A stretch of DNA of 60,918 nucleotides. Origin: Balanoglossus misakiensis (Eukaryota; Animalia; Hemichordata). The notes under the pieces are model-generated. The model worked only from the letters and a program-made list of their open reading frames with translations, did no database searches and was not told where the DNA came from. Within the stretch, counting starts at the first letter, position 1. Every line of letters starts with the position of its first letter. Shown here piece by piece: positions 19,532 through 29,288 of the stretch. The stretch spans positions 1-60,918 of the forward strand of contig JBECUI020000051.1 in the NCBI GenBank assembly GCA_040954595.2. The letters run 5' to 3'. A program made the translations under genes and the position numbers.

Positions 19532-20848
19532 ATGATGACATATTACTTGCTGGCATTGGGATGCCAGATGAATCAATCAGACACAGAACGCATTAGTGCT
19601 GTATTGGAAGATATGGGCTACAAACGAAGCGAAGACGAACAGCAGGCGGATATACTTGGTATAGTTGCCTGCTCTGTCAGACAGCGAGCTATCGACCGAG
19701 TATACTCCAGGATCAATGAGTGGAACAAGTGGAAAAAAACACGAAACATTATAACATTTGCTTCCGGATGTATCCTTCCAGCTGATTATACTAAATTCTT
19801 AGACCGCTTTGATATTATTTTTCGTATTAACGAGTTGCCCCACCTTCCCGATATGTTACGGCAATACGGTGTGCCAAATAAATCATCAGTTAGCATCAGT
19901 GCAGATGAGGATACTGATTTTTGGAAGATTGCCCCGCAATACAGTTCACCGATAGAGGCATATGTGCCCATACAAAACGGATGCGACAAACTTTGCACCT
20001 TCTGCGCAGTACCGTATACCCGCGGCAGAGAAGTGTCCAGAAACTCAGAAGATATTCTGAAAGAGGTAACAGACCTCGTCCAAAAGGGCTATAAAAGCAT
20101 TACCCTCCTTGGTCAGAACGTAAACAGTTACGGATTAGATCGGAAGAACGAAGAAATGAACTTTACCGAGCTTTTAACTGCAATAGGGGAGATCGGGAAC
20201 AGAATGAATAGACGATTCTGGGTCTACTTTACATCTCCCCATCCACGAGATATGACCCGATCTGTTATCGAAACCATTGCAAAATATCCTTGTTTGGCGA
20301 AAAATATCCATCTCCCCATACAATCTGGGGATGATAAGATCTTGATTAGAATGAACAGAAATTATCCGGTTTCACAGTATCGTACGATTGTAGAATATGT
20401 TCGGGAACTTTTGCCCGATGTAACTCTATTTACCGACATTATTGTCGGATTTACAGGTGAAACGGAAGAGCAATTTGAAAACACTGCAAAAATAATGCGT
20501 GAGTTCCAATACAATATGGCATATATTGCCCTCTACTCGCCCCGACCGGGAGCAGCAAGCTATCGGTGGGAAGATGACGTCTCTCAGCAAGAAAAACAAA
20601 GTCGAAGAAAAACATTGACCACAATCCTTGCCGATAGTGCTCATTCACATAACAAAAAATATCTTGGAAAACCCATGCCGGTTCTTGTAACAGGAAGATT
20701 TGAGCGCAATCCTGCATATCTACTGGGTAAGACCGAGGGAAAAATTCCTGTTCGTTTTCAGTCCGATAGCAACTCTTTTATCGGAGAATTTGTTGATCTA
20801 CGCATAACAGACGCACAACCCTTTTCTTTAACAGGAGAAGTCGTATAG
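19532..20848 (+). CDS. miaB: tRNA-i6A37 methylthiotransferase MiaB
   Basis: GCQMN..D.E, CSVR, GCDKLCTFCAVPYTRG radical SAM motif, TRAM C-terminus. Confidence 0.88.
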   Translation: MMTYYLLALGCQMNQSDTERISAVLEDMGYKRSEDEQQADILGIVACSVRQRAIDRVYSRINEWNKWKKTRNIITFASGCILPADYTKFLDRFDIIFRINELPHLPDMLRQYGVPNKSSVSISADEDTDFWKIAPQYSSPIEAYVPIQNGCDKLCTFCAVPYTRGREVSRNSEDILKEVTDLVQKGYKSITLLGQNVNSYGLDRKNEEMNFTELLTAIGEIGNRMNRRFWVYFTSPHPRDMTRSVIETIAKYPCLAKNIHLPIQSGDDKILIRMNRNYPVSQYRTIVEYVRELLPDVTLFTDIIVGFTGETEEQFENTAKIMREFQYNMAYIALYSPRPGAASYRWEDDVSQQEKQSRRKTLTTILADSAHSHNKKYLGKPMPVLVTGRFERNPAYLLGKTEGKIPVRFQSDSNSFIGEFVDLRITDAQPFSLTGEVV

Positions 20849-20854
20849 ACTTGT

Positions 20855-22138
20855 ATGAATATGAAAAATAAAACAGTGGCACTGCATACTTTGGGCTGTC
20901 GGCTGAATCAATGTGAAACCGAATCTATTGCTTCGGATATTAAACAGCGAAATTATACCATTGTAGACTTTGAAGAAGCCGCCGATGTATACATTCTTAA
21001 TACTTGTACGGTAACTGCACAGGCCGATAGAAAAAGCCGTAATCTCATTAGCCGCACATGCGGAAAGAAAGATGCCCTAGTTATTGTAACTGGTTGTTAT
21101 GTGGAACAGCATAAAGCAAAACTTCAATCTGATGCCCAAACATACTTTATAGATAATGCTAGAAAGGCTACTATTCCCGATCTTCTTGATTCCCATTTCC
21201 ACGGCGAAGTCGTGCACCCGAACAATCTAAATACTTCGTTATTCTCATATATTCCGTCGGAACGGATATTTCGCACCAGAAGTCTTGTTAAAATTCAGGA
21301 CGGATGCGACAACTACTGCTCCTTTTGTATTATCCCCTATGTACGCGGACAAGCAGTGAGCAGACCCGCAAAGGATATTTTACAGCATATTCGTAATTCA
21401 ATTACCTCAGGGAGCCGCGAAATTATCCTAACAGGCGTTAATATGAGTCGATATGATGATGAAGGCACGAATTTTATATCCTTATTGGAATCAATTCTCG
21501 AAATTGATGGGAATTTCCGTGTTCGTATTTCATCATTGGAGCCGGAAGGGCTTGATGGCACCTTTGTGCGACTATTGGCCCATCCACGTCTCTGTCCGCA
21601 TCTACATCTTTGTTTGCAAAGCGGAAGTGAAAAAATACTGCTTAAAATGAGGAGATGTTACACCGTGCTACAATTCTACAAGTTGGTAGAGGCAATTCGC
21701 TCTCATGATGCTCTGTTTAATATCAGTACCGATATGATAGTAGGGTTCCCGAGCGAAACAAGGGCTGATTTTCAGAAGAGTTGTGCCGTAGTCAAGGAAC
21801 TCTCTCTTTCTCATATCCATGTTTTCCCTTTTTCCGCACGAAATATGACCCGTGCCCTTCGCATGGACAATAAGGTGCCGAAAAGTACCATTAAAGAACA
21901 ATGTAAAATTCTTCGTACCATTTCCGAAACAAACAGACGGCAGTACCGCGAAGCATTTATCGGTCAGTACGAGGAAGTGCTTATTGAGCAGAATGAGAAC
22001 AAACAGAGTTACGGATTGGGGCGATATTACCTACCCATAGAGGTGCAAGAAAAGATAGAAAAAAACACCTTGCAACGGGTAAAGATTACACAGATATTAG
22101 AAGGAGACGATCCACGTCTTCATGCAAAAACTGCATAG
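20855..22138 (+). CDS. mtaB: tRNA-t6A37 methylthiotransferase MtaB
   Basis: TLGCRLNQ.E, NTCTVT..ADRKSR, GCDNYCSFCIIP, CPHLHLCLQSG, HVFPFS. Confidence 0.88.
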   Translation: MNMKNKTVALHTLGCRLNQCETESIASDIKQRNYTIVDFEEAADVYILNTCTVTAQADRKSRNLISRTCGKKDALVIVTGCYVEQHKAKLQSDAQTYFIDNARKATIPDLLDSHFHGEVVHPNNLNTSLFSYIPSERIFRTRSLVKIQDGCDNYCSFCIIPYVRGQAVSRPAKDILQHIRNSITSGSREIILTGVNMSRYDDEGTNFISLLESILEIDGNFRVRISSLEPEGLDGTFVRLLAHPRLCPHLHLCLQSGSEKILLKMRRCYTVLQFYKLVEAIRSHDALFNISTDMIVGFPSETRADFQKSCAVVKELSLSHIHVFPFSARNMTRALRMDNKVPKSTIKEQCKILRTISETNRRQYREAFIGQYEEVLIEQNENKQSYGLGRYYLPIEVQEKIEKNTLQRVKITQILEGDDPRLHAKTA

Positions 22139-22181
22139 ATAGAATAAACTTGTTCGCTACGAGACAGCATAAAAAAGAAGA

Positions 22182-22574
22182 ATGAAAGTCAAAGAGTTAC
22201 TAAAGGAAGGGTGGATAGCCTGCAAATACGGTATGGTAGGGGTCATTAACACCCTTATCTTCGCAACATCTGCCTTTCTTCTGAGCCAAACGGGTCTCCA
22301 TTATATGTATTACACCGCTATAAGTTATATTATTAGCATATGTAATAGTTTTATTCTTAATCTACACTTTACCTTTTCCCGTTTCAGTGGTTCGGTTATT
22401 CTTCGTTCCGTAAAGTTTCTTATAACGACCATAAGTTTGATGCTTCTTGCAGAAGCAATACAATACATGCTTATTGAATGGGTTGGGTTTGAAGAAGTCG
22501 TTGGAATTATTACAGGAATGGTCTTCTATTCATCAATAGGATTCCTTCTCAATCGTCTTTGGGTTTTCAAATGA
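22182..22574 (+). CDS. GtrA-family small membrane protein
   Basis: KYGMVGVINT...FILN..FTF...LNRLWVF with four hydrophobic segments. Confidence 0.8.
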   Translation: MKVKELLKEGWIACKYGMVGVINTLIFATSAFLLSQTGLHYMYYTAISYIISICNSFILNLHFTFSRFSGSVILRSVKFLITTISLMLLAEAIQYMLIEWVGFEEVVGIITGMVFYSSIGFLLNRLWVFK

Positions 22575-23239
22575 ACAGTGAAGCGCCGTACGAGGGACTT
22601 ATTATTACTACCAGCCCGAAGACTATCCAAAGCATGAAAAAGCACTTTTCCTGCAAAAAACTATTTGCCCCCCTTCCCTTCTGGCATTGTGCCAATACCA
22701 TTTTGACCGAAACCGCCTTGCAGACTGAACAAATCTGTCTGCATGCAGGATATGCGTTGGGGAAATACCATGTACCAAGCATTCTCATTGCTCTTACAGG
22801 AAGTGAAACAGCACTATGCGTTCATAGCATCTATAACAAGAAAAATCGGGTTTTCTATCCTGATATGCTCATGGAATCAACACTGCCTGAAACTACAATA
22901 TGCAATGATATTATCTATAACGTACTTCAACAACTCCTATCTATCTTTGAATGCCATCAGCTCTCCTGCATGCTTATTCCCGATCATCTCGACCAAAATG
23001 CTTGTAAAACATGTATCTCACATGCACGAGGTCTAGAATATAACAAGGAGCACCAGGAGGCAGTACAACATTTTAACAATTGTTTGGCAGAGTTTGTCTT
23101 TTCAGAGAGTTGCAAGAATATTCTCAGAAGAAAATTTAGCCGTTACTACGCGGCTACATCTGCCCTCCCGCATCTCAATGCCGCAATGACCTTTGCTGAA
23201 CTCGTTCATATACTGGATAATTATGCACCTACCGAATAA
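22571..23239 (+). CDS. Uncharacterised protein coupled to the SPL-like gene (possibly nucleoside-phosphorylase fold)
   Basis: ATG 22571 overlaps the gtrA stop (ATGA) and the ORF overlaps the next gene's start; the fold guess rests only on context. Confidence 0.45.
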   Translation: MNSEAPYEGLIITTSPKTIQSMKKHFSCKKLFAPLPFWHCANTILTETALQTEQICLHAGYALGKYHVPSILIALTGSETALCVHSIYNKKNRVFYPDMLMESTLPETTICNDIIYNVLQQLLSIFECHQLSCMLIPDHLDQNACKTCISHARGLEYNKEHQEAVQHFNNCLAEFVFSESCKNILRRKFSRYYAATSALPHLNAAMTFAELVHILDNYAPTE

Positions 23240-24238
23240 CGTTCCCATTTCCTTTTCACATATATATATTGAGCAAGCTGCTCGGGCATACAGTGATACG
23301 GATCGTATACTGAACCTTTTCCCAGCCGCAAAACAAATATACATTCCACATTACAAAGAAGTGTTTAACCGAAAAAAACAAAATTTTTCAGCTCAAAAAA
23401 AATCAGTCAAGCTGATCCTTGCTGTAGAAACCGGTACATTCATATACCGCGGGAGCGAACGAATCCGAAGTTTTAAGGAAGAACACGTATTCTACAACGC
23501 CCTTATCCGTAACTGTGTATATAATTGTGAATACTGCTTTTTACAGGGCATTCATAAAACAGCTAACATACTGATCTTTGTCAATAATGATGACTTCATG
23601 GAGAAGGCCTATCGTGCTTCGCGTGGAGGCGCGCCACTGTACCTCAGCATATCCTATCTCAGCGATCTGCTTGCCTTTGAACACCTCATTCCCTTTAATG
23701 CTCGATGGATTGACTTTGCGCATAGTACCGATAATATTCTTATTGAGAGTAGAACCAAAAGTGATAACTATCCGGCAATACAACATAAGCCGGTAACAGA
23801 CAAGGTCGTACTAACATGGTCTCTTACACCAGAGACGGCAGCAAAGAAACATGAATCGGGTTGTGCATCATTGCAAAATAGAATATTTCAAATTGCTATG
23901 GCAAAACAGGATGGGTGGCGCATACGCCTTGTCTTTGATCCGGTAATTGTTACCGATAACTGGGAAGAAGAGTACAAAAACTGTATCGATGAAGTATTCA
24001 AGAGGTGTCTCCAAATGGAATTGAAGCAGTATGTATCGGTGCATTTCGTATCTATCCTAAATTTCTGAAATACATGCGCAATAATCGCCCAGACTCACTT
24101 TTTCTCCATCAAGAGTTCGCCGAAAACAGCTCGTTGGCCACTTACTCCGAGAATCAGAATAGAAGAATTAAACAGAAAATGGAAGAATTTTTGAGCCGAT
24201 ACATTGCCCCATCAAAGATATTTTATGTAGCGGGTTAA
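23223..24238 (+). CDS. Spore-photoproduct-lyase-like radical SAM protein (one frameshift near 24005)
   Basis: NCVYNCEYCFLQG, SDLLAFE, ESRTKS, WSLTP, FDPVI; the C-terminus continues in ORF 24005-24238. Confidence 0.78.
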
Positions 24239-24249
24239 TCTAATGCAGA

Positions 24250-25197
24250 TTATGAGCCATCCGACTTGCTTGTCGCACGAGAAAGACGATCTGAGACCGC
24301 ATGTTCTTTTGCCGGCACCTCACAGAATATATGGCTGCATTTCTTCTTTTCCATGACAAAAAAAGTTCTGTACAAGATGTGCGCATAATGCTCCATATCT
24401 CGAACAACAACCCGTATTATATTTGCCCTATGAGGAAAGGAGGATGCACTGGCACGAGTTAGAATGACACCCAAAGGCTTATTGCCCTGCAATTTATTCT
24501 CTATCTCCCCTACACTCCGAAACAGGGTAACTGGAACATTGGGGCAATAATGCACACGAGATCTTCCCGGAGAAGGAAAATCCCGACGCGATTCACGAAT
24601 TTTCATACCTGATAGACGCTCAAGAACCGAAGCTGATATTTTTCCAGGGCGTAGTATATGTAAAGAATCTTCATCAACATGGACAATAGTCGACTCAATT
24701 CCTATACGACAGTTTCCGCCGTTTAGAATAGGAATATCATAGCCGTATAATGCTTCACGTGCCATTTGATAACTGCTCGCACTCGGTTCTCCCGAACGAT
24801 TCAAGCTCGGTGCCGCTACAAGACAGTTTGACCGGGCAATAAGCCTCCGGGCTATTCTATGAGCCGGGATACGCAGGGCAACAGTGTCTAACCCCGCCCG
24901 GGCAGTGCTACATACCGCATTGCCGGTATTTGGAAGAATAACTGTAAGTGGTCCCGGTGCTAATTCGGAAAACAAGGTGCGGACAACAGCCGGTAAATCG
25001 GGAAAAAAAGATAAAAGCATTGAAAGAGAAGCCGCGTGAATAATGAGTGGATTCTCAGGGGAACGATTCTTTACAGTAAAAATACGGGCACAGGCCTCAT
25101 TATTACTTGCATCGGCACCCAGACCATAGACAGTTTCCGTTGGAAATCCGACAAGCCCCCCTTTTTGCAATATAGTTGCGGCATGTCGTACAGTCAT
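24250..25197 (-). CDS. sua5: L-threonylcarbamoyladenylate synthase Sua5/TsaC
   Basis: FPTETVYGLGADA, KNRSPENPLIIH, PGPLT, APS.N.SG, GIESTI, plus a SUA5 C-terminal domain. Confidence 0.9.
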   Translation of the reverse strand: MTVRHAATILQKGGLVGFPTETVYGLGADASNNEACARIFTVKNRSPENPLIIHAASLSMLLSFFPDLPAVVRTLFSELAPGPLTVILPNTGNAVCSTARAGLDTVALRIPAHRIARRLIARSNCLVAAPSLNRSGEPSASSYQMAREALYGYDIPILNGGNCRIGIESTIVHVDEDSLHILRPGKISASVLERLSGMKIRESRRDFPSPGRSRVHYCPNVPVTLFRSVGEIENKLQGNKPLGVILTRASASSFPHRANIIRVVVRDMEHYAHILYRTFFVMEKKKCSHIFCEVPAKEHAVSDRLSRATSKSDGS

Positions 25198-25494
25198 TTA
25201 ACAGTCCACATACACGAACCCATCAACAATTTTAACGGGGAATGTATGGATTGGCGAGGTTGCAGGCAAACCAGCTACTTCACCGGTTCGAATATTAAAT
25301 CGTGACCCATGTTTTGGGCAATATACGTGGCAGTTATATACTATGCCCTCGGATAAAGAAGAATACTCATGGGAACAAGAATTATCAGTCGCATAAATGC
25401 CATCCTCACACCGAAAAATAGCAATCTCTTTGCGACGATGCCGAAAACAATAACTGCGCTTTAGTTCACTCTCTTCAACCGCTTTACGCCACAT
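25198..25494 (-). CDS. Rieske-type [2Fe-2S] ferredoxin
   Basis: CSH...CPKHGSRF; likely start MWRK overlapping the end of sufD. Confidence 0.88.
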   Translation of the reverse strand: MWRKAVEESELKRSYCFRHRRKEIAIFRCEDGIYATDNSCSHEYSSLSEGIVYNCHVYCPKHGSRFNIRTGEVAGLPATSPIHTFPVKIVDGFVYVDC

Positions 25495-26770
25495 CGTTAC
25501 TCCTACGAGTAATGACCGCATCAATCTTATCTACATAAACAGAAGGATACTCCGCAATAACCGGTTCAAAATGAGCTCGAATAAGAATGTTACGTGCTTC
25601 ACTAAGAGAATAACCCCGGCACATAAGATAAAATATTTGCTCTTTAGACAATCTCCCAGTCGTTGAGCCATGGCTACAACGCACATCATTGGTCTCTATC
25701 TGTAATGAAGGAATGGAATCCGAACGAGCAGTATCGGAAAGAAGGATGTTATTGTTTGTCAGATAGGCATCAGTTTTATTGGCTTTCTCCTCAACCCGAA
25801 TAAGTCCCTGGTATACTGCATGTGCTTCATCCTGCACCGCTCCCTTGTACAAGGTGCGACTATATGCTTGTGGTGCGTAATGCTGTTGTACCGTCCGCAT
25901 TAAAATATGCTGATCAAGATGGGGATAACATGCCCCACGTAGTTGTACATTAGCGCCCGTACCTACTATGGCAGCACGAACAGAAGAGAAGGTAAGCATG
26001 GAACCAAGCGGGACATAACAATGATTAAACAATGCATCTCGTCCTACAGAAGCATTAAGAGTACTAAACACCGTAGAATCGGCATTGCATGCATTGAATG
26101 CCGCAATCGTACACTGAGCATTTTTGCCCACCGATACCGTTACCTGTTCGTTATATACAAAATCACCCTGCCCGGGAGACTCCGTCTCAACAATCAGTTT
26201 CGCAGATGACCCATCTTCGCATAGTACAATCAAATGGGGCACTACTAAGGCAGAATGCGATAAATCGGAAATATTCAAAATAAAGATGCCGTCGGTTTGG
26301 ACACCGTGCGGTATGTAGAGAATGTAGAGATCGCTTATGCAGGAAAAATGCCAAGCCTCTATTTTATGCTCCAGATTATCCACATCATTCTGCAAGAGCT
26401 GCAGTAATTTCAAAGAAAGATCCGAGGGTTCATCAGTCTTTCCAAGACGAGAAAAAATGACCCCTCTCTCAGCGAGCCCCTCTGCCAATCCTTGCAGTCG
26501 CAACTGTCCGTTGACACTTTGAATATACCCGGCGGTACCCTCCGGTAATGAGTTCTCCGGTACAGCAGGGTCATCCTGTACAAATAGTCGGTAAGAAGCA
26601 TAGTCAAGATACGACAGGCTGGTACGACGCCACAACTCATCTTCAGACGAAGGCCACGCCATATTCATCATTTTTTTATGTGCGTTTTCCGACAAATCCC
26701 TCAACCAGAGAGGAACATCTCTGTCTATAATAAAATTATGAACATCATCAAGAGAATGATAAAAAGACAT
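25484..26770 (-). CDS. sufD: Fe-S cluster assembly protein SufD
   Basis: ELWRRT, PSLQIETNDVRCSHGSTTG, FYLMCRG. Confidence 0.9.
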   Translation of the reverse strand: MSFYHSLDDVHNFIIDRDVPLWLRDLSENAHKKMMNMAWPSSEDELWRRTSLSYLDYASYRLFVQDDPAVPENSLPEGTAGYIQSVNGQLRLQGLAEGLAERGVIFSRLGKTDEPSDLSLKLLQLLQNDVDNLEHKIEAWHFSCISDLYILYIPHGVQTDGIFILNISDLSHSALVVPHLIVLCEDGSSAKLIVETESPGQGDFVYNEQVTVSVGKNAQCTIAAFNACNADSTVFSTLNASVGRDALFNHCYVPLGSMLTFSSVRAAIVGTGANVQLRGACYPHLDQHILMRTVQQHYAPQAYSRTLYKGAVQDEAHAVYQGLIRVEEKANKTDAYLTNNNILLSDTARSDSIPSLQIETNDVRCSHGSTTGRLSKEQIFYLMCRGYSLSEARNILIRAHFEPVIAEYPSVYVDKIDAVITRRSNDVA

Positions 26771-26776
26771 TTCGGA

Positions 26777-28189
26777 TTATCCGACCGATCCTTCCATTTC
26801 AAGCTCAATAAGTTTATTCAACTCGAAAGCATATTCCATGGGAAGTTCTTTCACAAGCGGATCGAGAAAGCCGTTCACTATCATAACTGATGCCTCGGAC
26901 TCACTCATGCCCCTACTCATAAGATAGAAAAGCTGGTCCTCGCTAATCTTACTAACACGTGCTTCGTGTTCAATAGAAACATCACTGCTCTTAATATCCA
27001 TGTAGGGATAGGTATTGCTAGTAGAATGATCGTCAATAAGAAGGGCATCACAGGTAACACTGGAACGAATATTGTCTATTCCTTCTTCTACCTTGATGTG
27101 TCCACGATAGCTACTTGTTCCGCCATCCTTGCTTATAGACTTTGATGTAATAATGGAACTGGTGTTGCTGGCGGCATGTATAATTTTTCCACCCGAATCC
27201 TGCTCCTGTCCAGTCCCTGCAAATGCAATAGAAAGTACTTCACCATGAGCACCCGGTTCCATGAGATACACCGATGGATATTTCATGGTACGCTTACTAC
27301 CAAGATTGCCATCAACCCACTCCACTGCTGCATTGCGATAGGCAAGAGCACGTTTGGTAACTAGGTTGTATACATCACCAGACCAGTTCTGTATTGTACT
27401 ATACCGAACACGAGCATCCTCTAAGGCAACAATCTCAACAACAGCACTGTGCAGAGAATTGCTCGTATAAACAGGTGCAGTACATCCTTCCACGTAGTGA
27501 ACAAAACTGCCCTTGTCGGCAATAATCAATGTTCGTTCAAACTGCCCGAAATTCTGCAAATTAATACGAAAGTATGCCTGAAGAGGAACTTCAACCTTGA
27601 CCCCGGGAGGAACATATACAAAACTTCCCCCGCTCCATACCGCAGAGTTCAGAGCAGCAAATTTATTATCATTATAGGGCACAATCGTGCCAAAGTACTT
27701 GCGAACGAGATCCGGATGATCCCGGACCGCTGTTTCTGGGGAACAAAAAATAACGCCCTTCTTCTCAAGATCCGCACGTATATTGTGATATACAACTTCC
27801 GAATCGTATTGGGCACCAACACCGGCAAGAAATTTCTTTTCAGCTTCCGGAATTCCAAGACGATCGTAGGTTTCCTTAATATCGTCAGGCAAGTCTTCCC
27901 AGCGCCGTTTCTGCTCCGAGACGGGGCGTGCATAATAGCAAATAGAAGCAAAGTCTAAATCACTTAGATCAGCACCCCAAGTCAGCATGGGCTTCGCTTG
28001 AAAAGTTTGAAGAGATCGCAGACGAAATTCCAACATCCAATCCGGCTCATTTTTCTGTCGAGAAATTGCTTTAACAACATCCTCGTTCAAACCGTCATCC
28101 GACTTATAGACAGAGTTGTCGGGGTACGAGAATCCGTATTGATACTCATTCAAACTGACCTGATTGTCAGCTACTACCTGTTCAGCCAT
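26777..28189 (-). CDS. sufB: Fe-S cluster assembly protein SufB
   Basis: GQFERTLII, YVEGCTAP, LHSAVVE, EHEARVSKI, FYLMSRG. Confidence 0.96.
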   Translation of the reverse strand: MAEQVVADNQVSLNEYQYGFSYPDNSVYKSDDGLNEDVVKAISRQKNEPDWMLEFRLRSLQTFQAKPMLTWGADLSDLDFASICYYARPVSEQKRRWEDLPDDIKETYDRLGIPEAEKKFLAGVGAQYDSEVVYHNIRADLEKKGVIFCSPETAVRDHPDLVRKYFGTIVPYNDNKFAALNSAVWSGGSFVYVPPGVKVEVPLQAYFRINLQNFGQFERTLIIADKGSFVHYVEGCTAPVYTSNSLHSAVVEIVALEDARVRYSTIQNWSGDVYNLVTKRALAYRNAAVEWVDGNLGSKRTMKYPSVYLMEPGAHGEVLSIAFAGTGQEQDSGGKIIHAASNTSSIITSKSISKDGGTSSYRGHIKVEEGIDNIRSSVTCDALLIDDHSTSNTYPYMDIKSSDVSIEHEARVSKISEDQLFYLMSRGMSESEASVMIVNGFLDPLVKELPMEYAFELNKLIELEMEGSVG

Positions 28190-28190
28190 G

Positions 28191-28931
28191 CTAGTTCTCC
28201 TCTTTTAACCACTCGTAACCGAGTTCTTCCAACTTATAGACCAGTTCCGGTCCCCCGGAGTGAACGATACGCCCCTCATTCATAATATATACATGGTCAA
28301 CCTTGAGGTACTCCAGAAGACGCTGATAATGCGTAATAACAAGACCTGTAAATTGCTTACTGCGTAAACTGTTTACCCCTTGGGCAACAATTCTGAGGGC
28401 ATCAATATCAAGGCCGGAATCCGTTTCGTCCAAAATTGCCAACTGCGGATTTAATACCAACATCTGCAAGACTTCCATGCGCTTTTTTTCTCCACCCGAA
28501 AAGCCCTCATTCAAGTACCTGTTAATAAAGTCTTGACTCGTCTTGATATTGTCGAGAGAAGAGCGCAGTGTTTTAATAAAAGAACGCTTTTTTTCAGGAT
28601 CATTTTCATAACGAATGTCATAGGCACGCTTCATAAAACGCCCGACAGTGATACCAGGTATCACTACCGGATACTGAAACGCTAAAAACATCCCTTTTCG
28701 TGCTCGCTCATCAGTCGGCATCTCATTGATGTTCTCCCCATCCAACAGAATCTCACCTTCTAATACCTCATAGGCGGGGTCACCAAGAAGGACATGGGCT
28801 AATGTCGATTTTCCCGATCCGTTCGGTCCCATAAGGGCATATACCGCCCCCGGTTCTATCGAAAAGGTTACACCATTCAATATTTTTGTATTCTCTACTG
28901 CTACATGCAAATTTTTTATTTCAAGTTTCAT
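28191..28931 (-). CDS. sufC: Fe-S cluster assembly ATPase SufC
   Basis: MGPNGSGKST, FLAFQYP, GFSGGEKKR, DETDSGLDID, THYQRLL. Confidence 0.96.
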   Translation of the reverse strand: MKLEIKNLHVAVENTKILNGVTFSIEPGAVYALMGPNGSGKSTLAHVLLGDPAYEVLEGEILLDGENINEMPTDERARKGMFLAFQYPVVIPGITVGRFMKRAYDIRYENDPEKKRSFIKTLRSSLDNIKTSQDFINRYLNEGFSGGEKKRMEVLQMLVLNPQLAILDETDSGLDIDALRIVAQGVNSLRSKQFTGLVITHYQRLLEYLKVDHVYIMNEGRIVHSGGPELVYKLEELGYEWLKEEN

Positions 28932-28949
28932 AATTATATTTATTTTAGC

Positions 28950-29264
28950 TTAAATCGGATAACCGAATTCTAGACGAGCCTCTTCACTCATAAAATCTAT
29001 GCTCCATGCAGGAGACCAAACCAAGTTTAGTTGTAGATTCTGAATGTCATGTTCAGTTTTCAAGATCGCCCGTATATCCTCTTCAATAACATCGGCCAAG
29101 GGGCAACCAGGGGTCGTCAGTGTATAATCAATCTCAGTTGTTCCGTCTTCCTTGCTCTCAATCCGATAGATTAACCCGACATCAACGATACTAATACCTA
29201 TCTCAGGATCAATCACCTTTTTCAAGGAATCTAACAGCTTGCTTCGTTCAATCATATGCCCCAC
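28950..29264 (-). CDS. sufT: DUF59/SufT metal-sulfur cluster assembly factor
   Basis: DPEIGISIVDVGLIY...TLTTPGCP...VWSPAW. Confidence 0.88.
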   Translation of the reverse strand: MGHMIERSKLLDSLKKVIDPEIGISIVDVGLIYRIESKEDGTTEIDYTLTTPGCPLADVIEEDIRAILKTEHDIQNLQLNLVWSPAWSIDFMSEEARLEFGYPI

Positions 29265-29288
29265 TATATCATAGTTTATGATAGCATA

